Shown: positions 1 through 12,076, counted from the stretch's first letter. The stretch is 64,000 nucleotides of DNA from Octopus sinensis (GCF_006345805.1 NC_043012.1:27280001-27344000), one strand, 5' to 3'. A program made the numbers and translations. Notes: generated by a model not told the origin, from the letters alone.

Positions 1-79
1 GAAACATCAATGTTGCCTGATGGCTATAAAATAGAATTATTGCAAGGACACTGATAAACAAACTACATTGATATAACTA

Positions 80-82
<3 letters not shown>

Positions 83-127
<45 letters not shown>
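83..127. repeat. (TG)n microsatellite at the 3' end of the R4/Dong-like LINE
   Basis: About 22 perfect TG units. Confidence 0.95.
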
Positions 128-128
<1 letters not shown>

Positions 129-1114
129 AGAGTGAGTGAATGTGTGTATGTATTCTTTCTCTCTTGTTAATTTTGAGCAGCCACTTGCTTGGCAACAAGG
201 TTCTGAAGGCAACAATCCTGTTGCCTTTATCCTTAAAATCTTAAGGCCTGTAGATTTTTATTGTCCCTGATATTATGATCATTTGTAGCATAAGAATTAA
301 GGAGTCACAATCTCTCTCAAAGACCCCAAATTCAGCCAAAATCCGCTCCAGGTAAACTGGTATGTATACTGTTGTTCCAATAACAAGTATGAAACAAAAA
401 TCTATCTTGGGTACTGGATTTGCAAACTCCTCATTAATGGTCTTTAGATGTTTTCTTTCTATGGTATTTTTCAGGTCACAACTGATTTTCAAAACAAAAC
501 AAATTTTCTCTTGTGGTCTCACAGAACAATATCTGGCTGATTGTGTTTTGACTCAGTGGTTGTTTTTTCTTAAAGGTCCATCAATATTCTTTTGGCCCAT
601 TGGTTTCAAGTCAACTTTGTCAGCTGGTATTTTCTTTATACTTATTCTATTTCAGACTGCTTTGGACACTGCATCATGGGAAGATAGTATCTAAAAGCCT
701 TCTCTTGCAGTTGGAGAAATGTGGTTGATGTCTTCAGATTTAGATTCACAGAGCATACAATTCTTGCCCATCAATGTTGTGTCTTTTATGCTGGAAATAA
801 ATGGTGAAGATCTCTTGTTCTTGAAATGCATGAAGGTGACATTCAAGGTAGGATGCCATAAACTTGCTGGTATTCCATGATAAGCTTTTGATATGATTTA
901 CTCTCTCTACAGCAGCATCTTTCAAGCCAAATACTCTTATGTTGTCAAAAATGCTGACAGTTTTATTAATGACAGAAAATGGCACATCAACGCGATGAGA
1001 GAAACCAATGATAAATGCTAGCAATCTCGTAAATAAATGTACATTCACAGAAGTGAAGGACTTGAAGAATCAGATACAGTTGTACCATTTTGAGTGACAA
1101 TATTGTCCACATAC
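128..1114 (-). mobile_element. 5'-truncated, decayed non-LTR retrotransposon with restriction-like endonuclease (R4/Dong-like): CCHC knuckle, RLE domain and 3'UTR
   Basis: Minus-strand frames give ..LHAFQEQEIFT.., C-M-L-C-E-S-K-S-E-D-I-N-H-I, HNQPDIVL*DH..KICFVLKISC (PD..D-type RLE motif) and ..LQMIIISGTIKIYRP*. Stops and frameshifts are present. The 3'UTR has a 9-bp hairpin at 206-227. Confidence 0.75.
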
Positions 1115-1317
1115 TGTGTGTGTGTACAAATACATACATACATACATACATATATATATACATATATATATTTATATATATCTATATCTATCTATCTATC
1201 TATCTATATACACACACACACATATATATATATATATACATACACACATACATACATATACATAAATATAGGCATATATACATATACACACACACACACA
1301 CACATATATATAGTAGT

Positions 1318-3150
1318 AGTTCCTTCCCTCCTGGTACCTCTAAACTTCTCTTCATTCTTGATATCAAGAGTCTATACACAGTGATCCCACACAACAAAGG
1401 ACTTCTTGCACTTCCTAGACCTTCAACCCAACCCCCAGCCTAACACCTCCACACTTCTTTGTCTGGCTGAACTTGTTCTCTCCCTCAACTGCTTCTTGTT
1501 CGAGGGAGATTTTTACCAACAGGTCTAGAGAGTGGCCATGGGAATGAGAATGGGCTCTAACTATGCAAACCTGTTTGCTAGCTACATTGAGGCCCAAATA
1601 TTCTCATAATTCACTGCTCCCACTCCAAAACTATACAGTTGTTATATTGATGACTGTATCAGTGCGACCTCACTCTTCCGTGAACAACTAGACTCCTTCC
1701 ACTCTTTTGTCTAATCCTTCCATCCTGCCCTCGAATTATCCTGCACTATTTCCAACACTTCCATCACATTTCTCGACATTTCAGTCAACATACACCACTG
1801 CGCTCTCACTACCTCCATCCACTACAAACACACTGACTCACACTAATACCTTAACTTCTCCTCCCACCCTACCCACACCAAGCTTTCCATCCCCTACTCC
1901 CAATTCCTCCATCTGCACAGGCTCTGCAGTGACAACCATGACTGAGACTCAGTCTCAACTCATGGCTCGCCACTTCATCCTTCGTCGATATCCCCTCACC
2001 ACTATCTACACAGCTCTTGCCAGAGCACCTTCTGTAGACCATGACTGCTCTCTCTCTCACTGCACCTGCCCTGCCACTGCCCATCTGCTGTTTCCCCTCA
2101 CCTACCGCCCCTCCAACGCACCATTCTCTGAGCCTTCCAGCGACTCCAGTCTGACCACTCCATCTTGCACATCTTCCCAACCTACCCCTTCCAACATACA
2201 AATAAGCCCACAACCTGCATGACCTCCTGGTCCACAGTTTCTTCCCTAACCCCACCTCACAACCTGGCTTGTTCCTCTGCTGCTGTGCTTGCCCCTACCT
2301 CTCCAATACCACCATCCTCACAGATGCCAATCATTGTCCCTATCATATCACCAACTCCTTTACCTGCACTTCTAGCAATGTCATTTACTGCATCTCCTGC
2401 TCTTTCTGCCCTTCTCTGTACATTGGTCAAACGGGACGCTGTTTGGATGACCAGTTCACAGAGCACCTCTGAGACATCAGACTCAGCAATGACACCCTGG
2501 TCTCATGCCATTTCCACTCTATTGGTCATTCACTACAACACCTGTCTGTGCTTGGATTGTCTTTGCACAGGGGCCATCTGGACTCCTGCCTTTGCCATGA
2601 ACAGGAATTAATCTTCTGTCTCCATGCCACATAGGCTCAACTCCTCTCCTCTCAACATCTGACACATACGTCTCTCTTCACTTCTACCCACCTTCTCTCT
2701 TCATTCATATCCTTTCCACCCACACTCAACACCTCCACTACCCCAACCCACCCTACACCACTCCACACACACTAGCACTGACCTCTTCCCAGCACCCTCA
2801 CCATCATCTTCACAACCACACACCATCATCCACACACCCACACATTAGATGCACATCTACACACACACACATATGCGTACCTTTGTTTTGGGATCACCAA
2901 TACTTTATTATTTCCCCTTCTTTCTACCTCTCCGGTCAAACCATTTTTTACAACCAGTCGCCATGCTTGATCGCTAAATCCACAAGTTATTTCTCTCCCA
3001 GTTTATTTTCTCTTATTCCTTTCTGTTGAAGAGCGCAGGCTCAAAAAACATAAAATACTTTCTCACTTTCCTGAGTGTCAAACTAATACATCTGCTTGTT
3101 GTTCATACACCTGTCTTTGTCTTGTTTTTCTGTGAATTTCAACTATACGT
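1318..3150 (+). mobile_element. Penelope-like element, degenerate: RT, GIY-YIG endonuclease and 3' pseudo-LTR
   Basis: RT motifs LLFILDIKSLYTVIPHNKGLLAL and ..VAMGMRMGSNYANL. GIY-YIG FTCTSSNVIYCISCSFCPSLYIGQTGRCLDDQFTEHL (ORF 2269-2472). CT-rich tail ending in an HHR-like motif. Confidence 0.9.
3018..3056 (+). ncRNA. Degenerate minimal hammerhead-like motif (family B) in the PLE pLTR
   Basis: CTGTTGA-A-GAGC-GCAG-GCTC, with GAAAC decayed to AAAAAAC. Homologous to 11915-11964. Confidence 0.5.
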
Positions 3151-3407
3151 ATGTATATATATATATATATGTACACATATACCTAGGTATATATATATAT
3201 ATATATATATATGTAAGGTATACTAGCCATCTCAATATAGCTAACCACTAAGGGTGGGTGTTACTGTAGCTTGTAGTCCCAGGAGATCATCGTCTCCAGC
3301 TGGCTTTTGAGATGGTTAGTATACCTTACATTGTCGTGCAATTACTGTTTACATCTCGTTCAGAGATTTATTATTGCTTGCATACAGTTTTTTTTTTAAT
3401 ATATATA

Positions 3408-3447
<40 letters not shown>

Positions 3448-3450
<3 letters not shown>

Positions 3451-4760
3451 CCCTGGCTATAATTATGGAACAGGTAGGAAAAAATAGATAATATAATTGA
3501 AACTCAATAATTGAAAACAGTAAATAAATATTCTAGAGTCTATCCTATCAATAATTATCAATATTATATTTAATATGTCCTCTTTTTACTTTTATAACTG
3601 CTTTAATGTGTTTTTGCATACTTGAGACTAAGTTGGCACAAGTGGCTGGGTCAATTTTCTGCCAATCATTGTGTGACAGAAACATTTTTTGCCATCATTT
3701 TTTCAGTGAATATCTCATTGATAAATTATCAGTGGTTAATATTTGTTGAAAATGTATCCGAAGAAATAGATTTCTGAAGCTGAAAGGACTCAAATCATTG
3801 CATTACCCAGTGAAGGATTCACACAAGTTGAAATTGCAAGACAACTGAAATGCTCAAGAAAAGGTCCCTCAAAAGGTACAATGAGACCAATTCTTTCAAA
3901 AACTGTAAAGGACAAGGTTGCAAAGGTGTACAACCATGAGGGAAGACAGGTTGCTGAAGAGGACATCTCTGGCAGATAGGAAAAATACCTCTTCTGACAT
4001 AGCTGCTGAGTTTTGGGTAGCAACAAACAAGGATATATCAACTTGCACAGTGAGAAGAAGGTTATTAGAAGCCGGGCTCAAAGGAAGTAGGGCCAGAAAG
4101 AAGCTGTTGCTGTGTGAGGTGAACATGAAAAAAAAGCAATTGTTTGGGGTAAAAGAGCATGAAGATTGGACTGATGATGATTGGTGTAAAGTTGTTTGGT
4201 CTGATGAAAGTAACTTTGATGTAGGTTCTCCACATTCATTTCCACCACTTTACTATGCGTAATTGAAATTCTTACACTTGTACAAATTTTTTATTGAATA
4301 CCAGAAATAAGCAGTAAATCTTTTTCTGCTCAGATCTTTGGAACACCTGCAGCTGTTTATGTTTGCCATAAAGTTGGGGAAATTTGGAGGAGAAAGCATA
4401 ATGGTTTGGAGTTGTATGTCATCTTCAGGCCCAGGAATGTTCACATATGAGGGCAGAATGAATTTTAACATTTACACCAACATGTTAGATCAAGTTTATC
4501 AACCTTCCTTAGCTAAAATTTTCAATGATAACATCCCATTCATTTCCACCACTTTACTATGCATAATTGAAATTCTGACACTTGTACAAATTTTATATGT
4601 TTATTATACTGTCTTCAAAAAGTGAATTAGTAGCCAAAATTCATGAAGAGTGGTAAAAAATTGATTCAGTCACTTGCGCCACCTTAGTCTCAAGTATGCA
4701 AAAATACATAAAAGCAGTTATAAAAGCAAAAGAAGGACACATTAAATACTAATTATTGAT

Positions 4761-4762
<2 letters not shown>
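3448..4762 (+). mobile_element. Tc1-family DNA transposon with long TIRs, internally deleted, transposase apparently intron-containing
   Basis: HTH N-terminus from ATG 3773 (..EIARQLKCSRK). WSDESNFD and GGESIMVWSCM motifs. Inverted repeats at ~3550-3660 and ~4655-4762. Confidence 0.9.
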
Positions 4763-4797
<35 letters not shown>

Positions 4798-5070
4798 AAC
4801 CATATATATATATATATATTTATATTTATGCCGTCACAAAGTATATATATGTATATATGTTAATATATATATATATATATATATTATATATAAGGGCTTA
4901 GTAAAATAAATTACTTTGCTACATACTGAACTCATTAGAAATAGCAGCTAAAGAAATTTCTTCAGCTATTTCTAATACTTAAAGAAGATCTCTCTCAGAT
5001 AGTGTTTGCCTAAACCAACTCACAAAAGTATGGGGGAAAAAACATTAAAAAATCAAGTGCAAAGGTTATT

Positions 5071-5126
5071 TGAGAACGTACGTTTCTAGATTAGTCAATT
5101 CGACATTTCTTTCTTCAGCTCAGAAT
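5071..5126 (-). ncRNA. Type I hammerhead ribozyme (family E), mirror copy
   Basis: Exact reverse complement of 5548-5603. Confidence 0.75.
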
Positions 5127-5547
5127 TCCTTGAATCGGATTTGGGAACACTGAAAGTCGGGAGCATACCCTTTCAGCTTCTAATTACCTCTAGAATTCTG
5201 CTCGAACTAAAAGTGCTATCAAATTCGAATATGCAAGCGAAGAATTTCTGCTCTCCCCTTTCCACCAGCGTGGGTTAAAATTGACAAACACCATGTATTA
5301 ACGGTGAAAACCGCAGCATTTAGCAGAGAGAGATGAATTATAATTTCAACAATTGAGGGTAAAATTTCACCGTTAATACATGGTGTTTGTCAATTTTAAC
5401 CCACGCTGGTGGAAAGGGGAGAGCAGAAATTCTTCGCTTGCATATTCGAATTTGATAGCACTTTTAGTTCGAGCAGAATTCTAGAGGTGATTAGAAGCCG
5501 AAAGGGTATGCTCCCGACTTTCAGTGTTCCCAAATCCGATTCAAGGA

Positions 5548-5603
5548 ATTCTGAGCTGAAGAAAGAAATGTCGAATTGACTAATCTAGAAACGTACGTTC
5601 TCA
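5548..5603 (+). ncRNA. Type I minimal hammerhead ribozyme (family E)
   Basis: Stem I TGAG/CTCA. Core CTGAAGA at 5556-5562. Stem II AGA..GTC-GAATT-GAC..TCT. GAAAC-GTAC-GT-T with palindromic stem/loop III ACGTACGT. Predicted cleavage after 5599. Confidence 0.75.
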
Positions 5604-5884
5604 AATAACCTTTGCACTTGATTTTTTAATGTTTTTTCCCCCATACTTTTGTGAGTTGGTTTAGGCAAACACTATCTGAGAGAGATCTTCTTTAAGTATT
5701 AGAAATAGCTGAAGAAATTTCTTTAGCTGCTATTTCTAATGAGTTCAGTATGTGGCAAAGTAATTTATTTTACTAAGCCCTTATATATAATGTAATATTT
5801 TGAATTCGCCTATAATGGTCCCTTTACATACTGAATACTTGGTGAAATTGATTAATAATTAATTAATTTTACCCTCAATTGTTG

Positions 5885-5935
<51 letters not shown>

Positions 5936-5940
5936 TAAAC

Positions 5941-5986
5941 AAAACTGCCTGACGAACGGGAACATGAAACTCTGAGTAACAGTTTT
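5941..5986 (+). ncRNA. Type I hammerhead ribozyme (family A)
   Basis: AAAACTG(C)-CTGACGA-ACG-GGAA-CAT-GAAAC-TCTGA-GTA-ACAGTTTT, between two (TA)n tracts. Confidence 0.7.
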
Positions 5987-6140
5987 TGTGATATTTCTGC
6001 TGCTTTTCAATGAAGTATATATATATATATATATATATATATGGAGAGAGAGAGAGATAGGGAGGGGGAAAGATGCATAGATGCATACATACACATTTAC
6101 ATATAGACATAGCTCACTATCCCCCCTCTCTCCCTGTATA

Positions 6141-6206
<66 letters not shown>

Positions 6207-8029
6207 TACATACACTCATACATATGCATAATATTTATATATACCTATGGATGTGCATACGTATAAATATGTGTATATGTCTGTGAATGTGTACACGCAC
6301 ATGCATGCTTGTTTACATTTTTTAGTTCAATGAAATCAGTAAAATATGTTATCTTTACTTGGAAAAGGAAGTAAGGGCTTGTTTCAGAAAAGGAAAACAT
6401 GAAAAAATGGATTAAAATCAATAAAATGAAAGTGTATATATATTCTCATTCACATAACATCTATCTGTATGTTAAGGGAATAATATTTTGAAAGTGTTTA
6501 ATATCTAATTTCATATAGACATTTGTGTGTGTGTGTGTGTGTGTGCGTGAAATTGAGAAAGTAAATTACAATTTATGATAAAACTTTGCAGTTTTTGATT
6601 CAAATACCAGTGTCTTTCAGGGCAAAATCTTTAAAGGCTGTTTGTTTGCTTTACTGTCTCTGACTGACACTCATTCCCACTCCCTTTGTTTTTTTACTCT
6701 TCTTTCCCCCAAGTGTAACTGATAGGACACATTGTGTTTATTATATGTAAGAAAGATTTTCCATGTTCACAAACTTGAGCAAGGTAGTTACAAGCCTCTT
6801 TCTTCTGCTGCAGTTGTTTCAGTTTATTCTCGGCAGATTCATTTTTTATTTTACTTCTGTCACTATTGGTGACAGTTCTTGGTTCAATTAATGAAAGTTG
6901 GGATTTAAGTCATATTTTAACTGTTTCTGAGTTTCTGTTAATTAATTGATAGTGCTGCACTTTATAACTACAATAGTCTGTGAGATAGTTCTTTGCAAAA
7001 ACAGAATTTTAGTTGTGATCCCAGCCTGACTTTGAATGTTTACCTGTCTTTATTGTGCAACTTCAGTTTCAGGTGATAAACTAGCAACATTATTAGCGAA
7101 ACATATATTAATGAATCTAGACTTATATGTGGGTTCTGATCTACAGTTTCCCTTTATTTCATTTATTACTTTCAGTCCTAATTTAGAAGGTTCTTTTTAT
7201 GTTAGTTTTAAATGACCTGTCAATAAAGTTAACGTTTTCAACCTGCTGCAGCATTATCTTTCCATATCACTTTTAGAGAATTGACAATATTCTTTTCTAA
7301 AAGACCATTTTAAGCTCTTCCAATTCTACGATTGTATAAAAATGGACATATAGAATTACAACTGTGCAACCCATGGGTATTTTTCATCTGAAGCATTGTA
7401 TGGCTTGTTTTCTTTAAATGAATAAATGAACTTACTACAAGGGAGGAAATTTACAGTCATGTAAGAAAAAGAAGGAAGAAAATGCATAGAAGCTAAGAAG
7501 AATAGAGTATGGAAAAGCACAAAATAACAGAAAAAAGTTGATTCTAATACAACGGACAAAATTCAATTTTGAAATATACAAGGGCATACAGAAAAATTTT
7601 TTAAAAATTAAATATACGTATGTTCATAGGGATATGTAAAAAAATCAGTCCAATTAATTAAAGGGGAGAGAAATAGAATGTAAGTGATACTATAAAATTA
7701 AATACAATACTATAATATAATATACATTAACCAATATAATAAATGCATATGAAATATGTATCTTGGTTGATAGATGTTCATATTAAAGAGAACATAAAAA
7801 CATAGATTCAATATAATGGTCAGAATGAAACAGTTTAGGAATACAAATATACAGCATTATGAAATACAAAAAAAGTATCCAACAAATTCAAAGTTATGCT
7901 AAAGGAACAATAAATGATGTTAGTCAGTGACACATGCTTTGAAGTCAGGAACTTTGTTGAATGTCTACAGATAAACAGCAAAAATAATACCATTAGCAAA
8001 AATCAACAGATTGAAATCTGCAAAAATAA

Positions 8030-9303
8030 AGTGGATGGTACCTGTAGAAGAGGGAGACTTAGGAAGACAAGGGATAAAGTGGTGAGGACTGATCTTACAA
8101 TGTTAGGGCTCATGCAGGAAATGACAATGGACCAAGATGTTTAGTGATATGAGGTTCTAGAAAAGACCAACACAAGTCAGTGAAACTAAGTGCTAGAAGC
8201 ATTGTGTCCCACCCATATGTACCAACAAAATTTTCACACACCCTGCTCCAAGAAACCAAACTACATCTCTTCTAAACTGCATCTTTCTTTTCCTCACATT
8301 TCCTCTTCATAAACTGTAATTGTCTTCTAATCCCCTTCCCTGCCCACACTGCCCTGATCACTGCTTTTCCCCACCCCATTTTTATACTCAGGTTTTCGCC
8401 AGTCACTGCAATCCACACTCTCTACTTGCCCCTTCTAGGCGATACCTGAGTGTGTATATTATGACCTCTCTCTTCCTTACTTCACCATCACATCTATGCT
8501 CTGATCCTTGTTACTTGTGAGTACACCATGGCACTTCACCATCTCTTTCCTGCTCTCTCTTGCACTTTTGCTGTTTCCCATTCTCTCACTCTCTTTTCTC
8601 TGGCTGGGTAGCCATGAATTTCCTCTACTGCAGCACACCTATTTCTGCCCTCATTCTTGATCACTCTCTCTCTCTCCTTCTCTTGTTTTTCCTCCTTTAC
8701 ATCAGCATACCTGTTTCTGTCCTCTTTCTTGTACCTCCCTCTCCTTCTTCCTCTTTCCCCCCTCTCACTGGGTAACTCTGTACTTCCTCTATAGCAAGAT
8801 ACCTGCTTCTGCCTCTCTATTTCTGTCATGCTCTAACCTTTCATCATTTGACACCAGATTATCTCCCCCCAATTCCCCCTCTGTTATAGCAAGACACCTA
8901 TTTCTGCCTATCTATCACACTCCAACCTTTCATCCTATGACACATGTTCTCTCCTCAAATGCCCTTGCCCTTAAATTCCTTCCTTGTCTTGTAAGTTACT
9001 TGGTGACCCTGCCAGTGCTGGTGTCATGTAAAAAGCATCCAGTCCACACTGTAGAGTGGTTGGCATTTGGAAGGGCATCCAGCTGTAAAAATCACACCTA
9101 AACTAACCTCGTCTATGCTAGTATCACATAAAATGCACAGAGTCCACTCTGTAGAGTGTTTGGTGTTTGGAAGGGCATCCAGCCATAAAAACCCTACCAA
9201 AACAGACACAGTAGACTGGGGTAGTCTTCTACATGGCTGGCTCCTTGTCAACTGTCCTACCCATGTATGCATGGGAGATGAACATTAAATGATGATGATG
9301 ATG
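8030..9303 (+). mobile_element. RTE-clade LINE 3' end: ORF2 C-terminus, CT-rich 3'UTR, (GAT)n tail
   Basis: ..VDGTCRRGRLRKTRDKVVRTDL.. The tail motif GGAAGGGCATCCAG..CCCATG..ATGATGATG is shared with many copies in the window. Confidence 0.75.
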
Positions 9304-9360
9304 AAAATATTAGTGCCAAGCAGTGTTTAATCATTAAAAAAATTTAGTTTAGTTAAAATA

Positions 9361-10450
9361 TGGTAGGATCCGGACACTGACCCTTTCTATCTATGATTTA
9401 CCCAAAATATCTAATTTTAGGTAAAAAGAAATCACACTTATCTGCACTCAGTTTGAACCTGTATTCACTTAGTTTTTTAAATACCATTTTCACATGTTGT
9501 ACATGCAGACTTCTTGATTCATCCTTCATGAATATGTCATTGAGATATGCAGCTGTGAATTCACAGTCAGCTAACATTGCATCCATAATTTACTGGAAGA
9601 TTGCCAGTGTGACTTTTAAGCCAAATGGCAACCTGTTATATTTATATAGTCCTTTATGTGTGTTAATTGTTAGGTATTTTGAGCAATTTGTAGATGCACA
9701 TCAAAGAGATCCAATTTTAAAAATATCTTGCTACCTTTTGATTTCACAAATATGTCCTCCAGAGTAGCTAGCAGATAGTTGGACATTTTAAGACATTCAT
9801 TAAGCCCAGTGCAAAAATCAGAACACACTCTGATTTTATAATTCTTTTTCTTAATGTACACAGTGGTGATGTCCATTGACAATATTCCACTTTTTGGATT
9901 ACTCCAATTCTTTCTAGTCTCTCTAAGTTTATCTGTTCTAATGCTGCATGTGAAACATTTCTTTTTGGTTTAAAAATTGGTATTGCATTCTCTTTTATCC
10001 CAAATTTTGCTTTTCTTTTCAAACATGTACCTAGTTTGTCTGAAAACATGTCTGGGAATACTTTAATTCTTTTTGCAGTGTGTCCGGGTCGGAGTTAGAA
10101 CTTGTGCATGTACCTATTACATTTTTGCAGAAGTGGTTAAATCCCAGAGATCGAATTTTTCCATCCAATTCATTCCAAATAGGTTATTGGTATTATTTAG
10201 CCTTTGCTTTTGTTGTTCTACCTCAGAAAGTCACATTGCAATTGAATTCACTACTAAACAATTTTCTTCCCAAAACACCTCTCATAGCCTTTGTAGTTTT
10301 ACTTAGTACTGGTTTACCTAATGCACTCCATGTTTTGGTATTTAATATAGTTATGAAGCTGTAATCTGATGTTTGTTCCATTTATTTTTATGTTTACAAA
10401 CTTTATATGTAATTTTCAGATACACCATACCATCATTTCAGTGAGAAATT
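9361..10450 (-). mobile_element. Gypsy LTR-retrotransposon protease/RT block (decayed), inverted relative to the integrase
   Basis: KFVNIKINGTNIRLQL, IPIFKPKRNV..LERIGVI, KIRVCSDFCTGLNE, AYLNDIFMK..KCDFFLPKIRYFG. Confidence 0.85.
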
Positions 10451-10859
10451 TAGATAAAGTAGGAGTTCATCACTCAGTTCTCAATGACCACAGCAAGAAC
10501 AATATTGCTAGACCCACATCTCATAATGACAACAGCACTGATGGCAGCTCCAGCAACACCAACATCTCCAGGTCTGAAGATGACCAAAGATGCATCAGAA
10601 ATGTGAACACAACCAACACTCAGCTGCAACAGTCTTCAAGTGGCACCTGTACAACCACAGGTCCTCTCTCAGGATTCCAGAAAGACAATTCATCACATTC
10701 CTGGCCAGCCACATGTGGCACTTCAAAGATGATGGGACCTCATAAAATATCAAGTGGAGGATCATAGAGTAGCTGGGTAACTGTCATGGCTGATGACACA
10801 AAAGATGTTTTGGCACACAATCATTGTCCTACGGTATGTATTGAATGGAGAAATATTTG

Positions 10860-11560
10860 AGCATTTTTGAAGATTCTTTATTCCAGAAAATCAATGGAAT
10901 TCAATTCACGTCAGATGAATTCAGAAAATTTTGTAAAATGTTTGTCATTGAACATGTCATCACTCTGCTGTATCATACTTGATCAAATGGACGAGCAGAG
11001 CATTTTGTTGACATTTACAAAAGGGCATTGAAAAAGGTGAACAATGAAGTAATGGACGATCTTGCACTTCATCAGTTTCTAAGAGTGTACTGAGTAACAC
11101 CTAATCTGAATACCTCATCTGGAATGTCACCCGCAGAACTGATATTTGCTAGAAAGATCTGATCCGTCTTTGATAAGCTGATAGTGAGTGAAAAAACAGA
11201 AAAAAGGCGACCAACAAAAATACATCAAAATTCTTCAAGTTAGGTGATAAAGTTTTTTTTCTAAAGCTTATAGATATGGTAAAGAAAGCTGGGAGGATGG
11301 TGTAATTATTAAACAAATTTGAAGAATGTTATTCCTGATAAAAGGAAAAAAAAATGTTGAACATACAAGACATATTAACCAACTTAAAAAAAAGATTCAT
11401 GGAAAAAATAGTCAAAAGAAATGAAATCCCCATGGGAGTATTGTATGACACATTTGAGGTACCAACACCCAAACAATTTGAAGCTACATGTTCTAGCACC
11501 AGAAAACAGAAAAGAATGGAAAGAGTGAAATTGAACCCTAAGCATAAGAGATATTAAAAG
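10860..11560 (+). mobile_element. Gypsy integrase C-terminal half (decayed)
   Basis: TSDEFRKFCKMFVIEH..SNGRAEHFVDIYKRAL..SPAELIFARKI. Confidence 0.85.
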
Positions 11561-11624
11561 TCTGAGTGGAGTTTAATTCTCAAACAGGGAGAAGTTAGGG
11601 GAGACTAATTCTAAAAAGGGGAGA

Positions 11625-11838
11625 TGTTGAGGATGGATTCAAACTACTCACCAGGTGACTAAAGGTGAACTGACTCATTGTTATAAAATAAAGAACTGTG
11701 AGAGATTGGCAGTTCAGATTGGTAAGCAGTTCATTGTGAGCTGTTGATTGAGAGTGTTGAGTCTCATATAATATTGATCATATTGCATTGTGTAAATACT
11801 TTCTTTTCTTCCTACTTCATTAAATTATATATCCAACA
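11625..11838 (+). mobile_element. 3' LTR of the Gypsy element
   Basis: Polypurine tract AAAAAGGGGAGA immediately upstream. Termini TGTTG...CAACA. Confidence 0.8.
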
Positions 11839-11914
11839 CTAGGATATATATATATATGTTGGATTGTTAGCCCCTACACGCAATTTTTTTCTCTCCTTGT
11901 TTCTTTTCTGTGTA

Positions 11915-11964
11915 TCTTTCTGTCGAAGAGCCTGTCAAAGAGCGTAGGCTCGAAACGTAAAAGA
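11915..11964 (+). ncRNA. Hammerhead-like motif (family B) with a 12-nt internal duplication, in a PLE pLTR remnant (11858-12060)
   Basis: TCTTT-CTGTCGA-A-GAGC-[dup]-GTAG-GCTC-GAAACGT-A-AAAGA. Stem I TCTTT/AAAGA. Confidence 0.55.
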
Positions 11965-12076
11965 CTTGTTTTATTTCTATTCCTGAGCGCCATACTAATA
12001 CATTATTTGTTTGTACTTCACCTGCCTTCGTCTTTTGTTTATTTTCGTAAACCTTCCGTTATATATATATATATCA

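Larger units (their letters stand above)
4883..5891. repeat. Foldback element: 427-bp inverted arms (4883-5309 / 5365-5791) with a 55-bp spacer, flanked by (TA)n; probable PLE pLTR derivative
   Basis: The arms pair with only 3 transition mismatches. An extra ~28-bp inverted match exists between 5339-5365 and 5864-5891. Confidence 0.9.

Noticed and set aside
181-350. Apparent plus-strand exon (pyrimidine tract-AG ... GTAAAC)
   Set aside because: All three frames contain stops; better explained as the antisense of the RLE LINE end.
1090-1443. ORFs rich in YI/HT repeats (also 5859-6266, 27477-28043, 41534-41972, 51438-52008)
   Set aside because: Translations of (TA)n, (CA)n and (GA)n microsatellites, not genes.
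6540-7330. ~70-codon open stretch on minus (..ESAENKLKQLQQKKEACNYL..)
   Set aside because: Bounded by stops, no convincing splice sites and no recognisable domain.
10369-10767. 132-aa S/T/N-rich ORF
   Set aside because: Lies in the rearranged Gypsy junction, partly antisense to the protease; no family motif.
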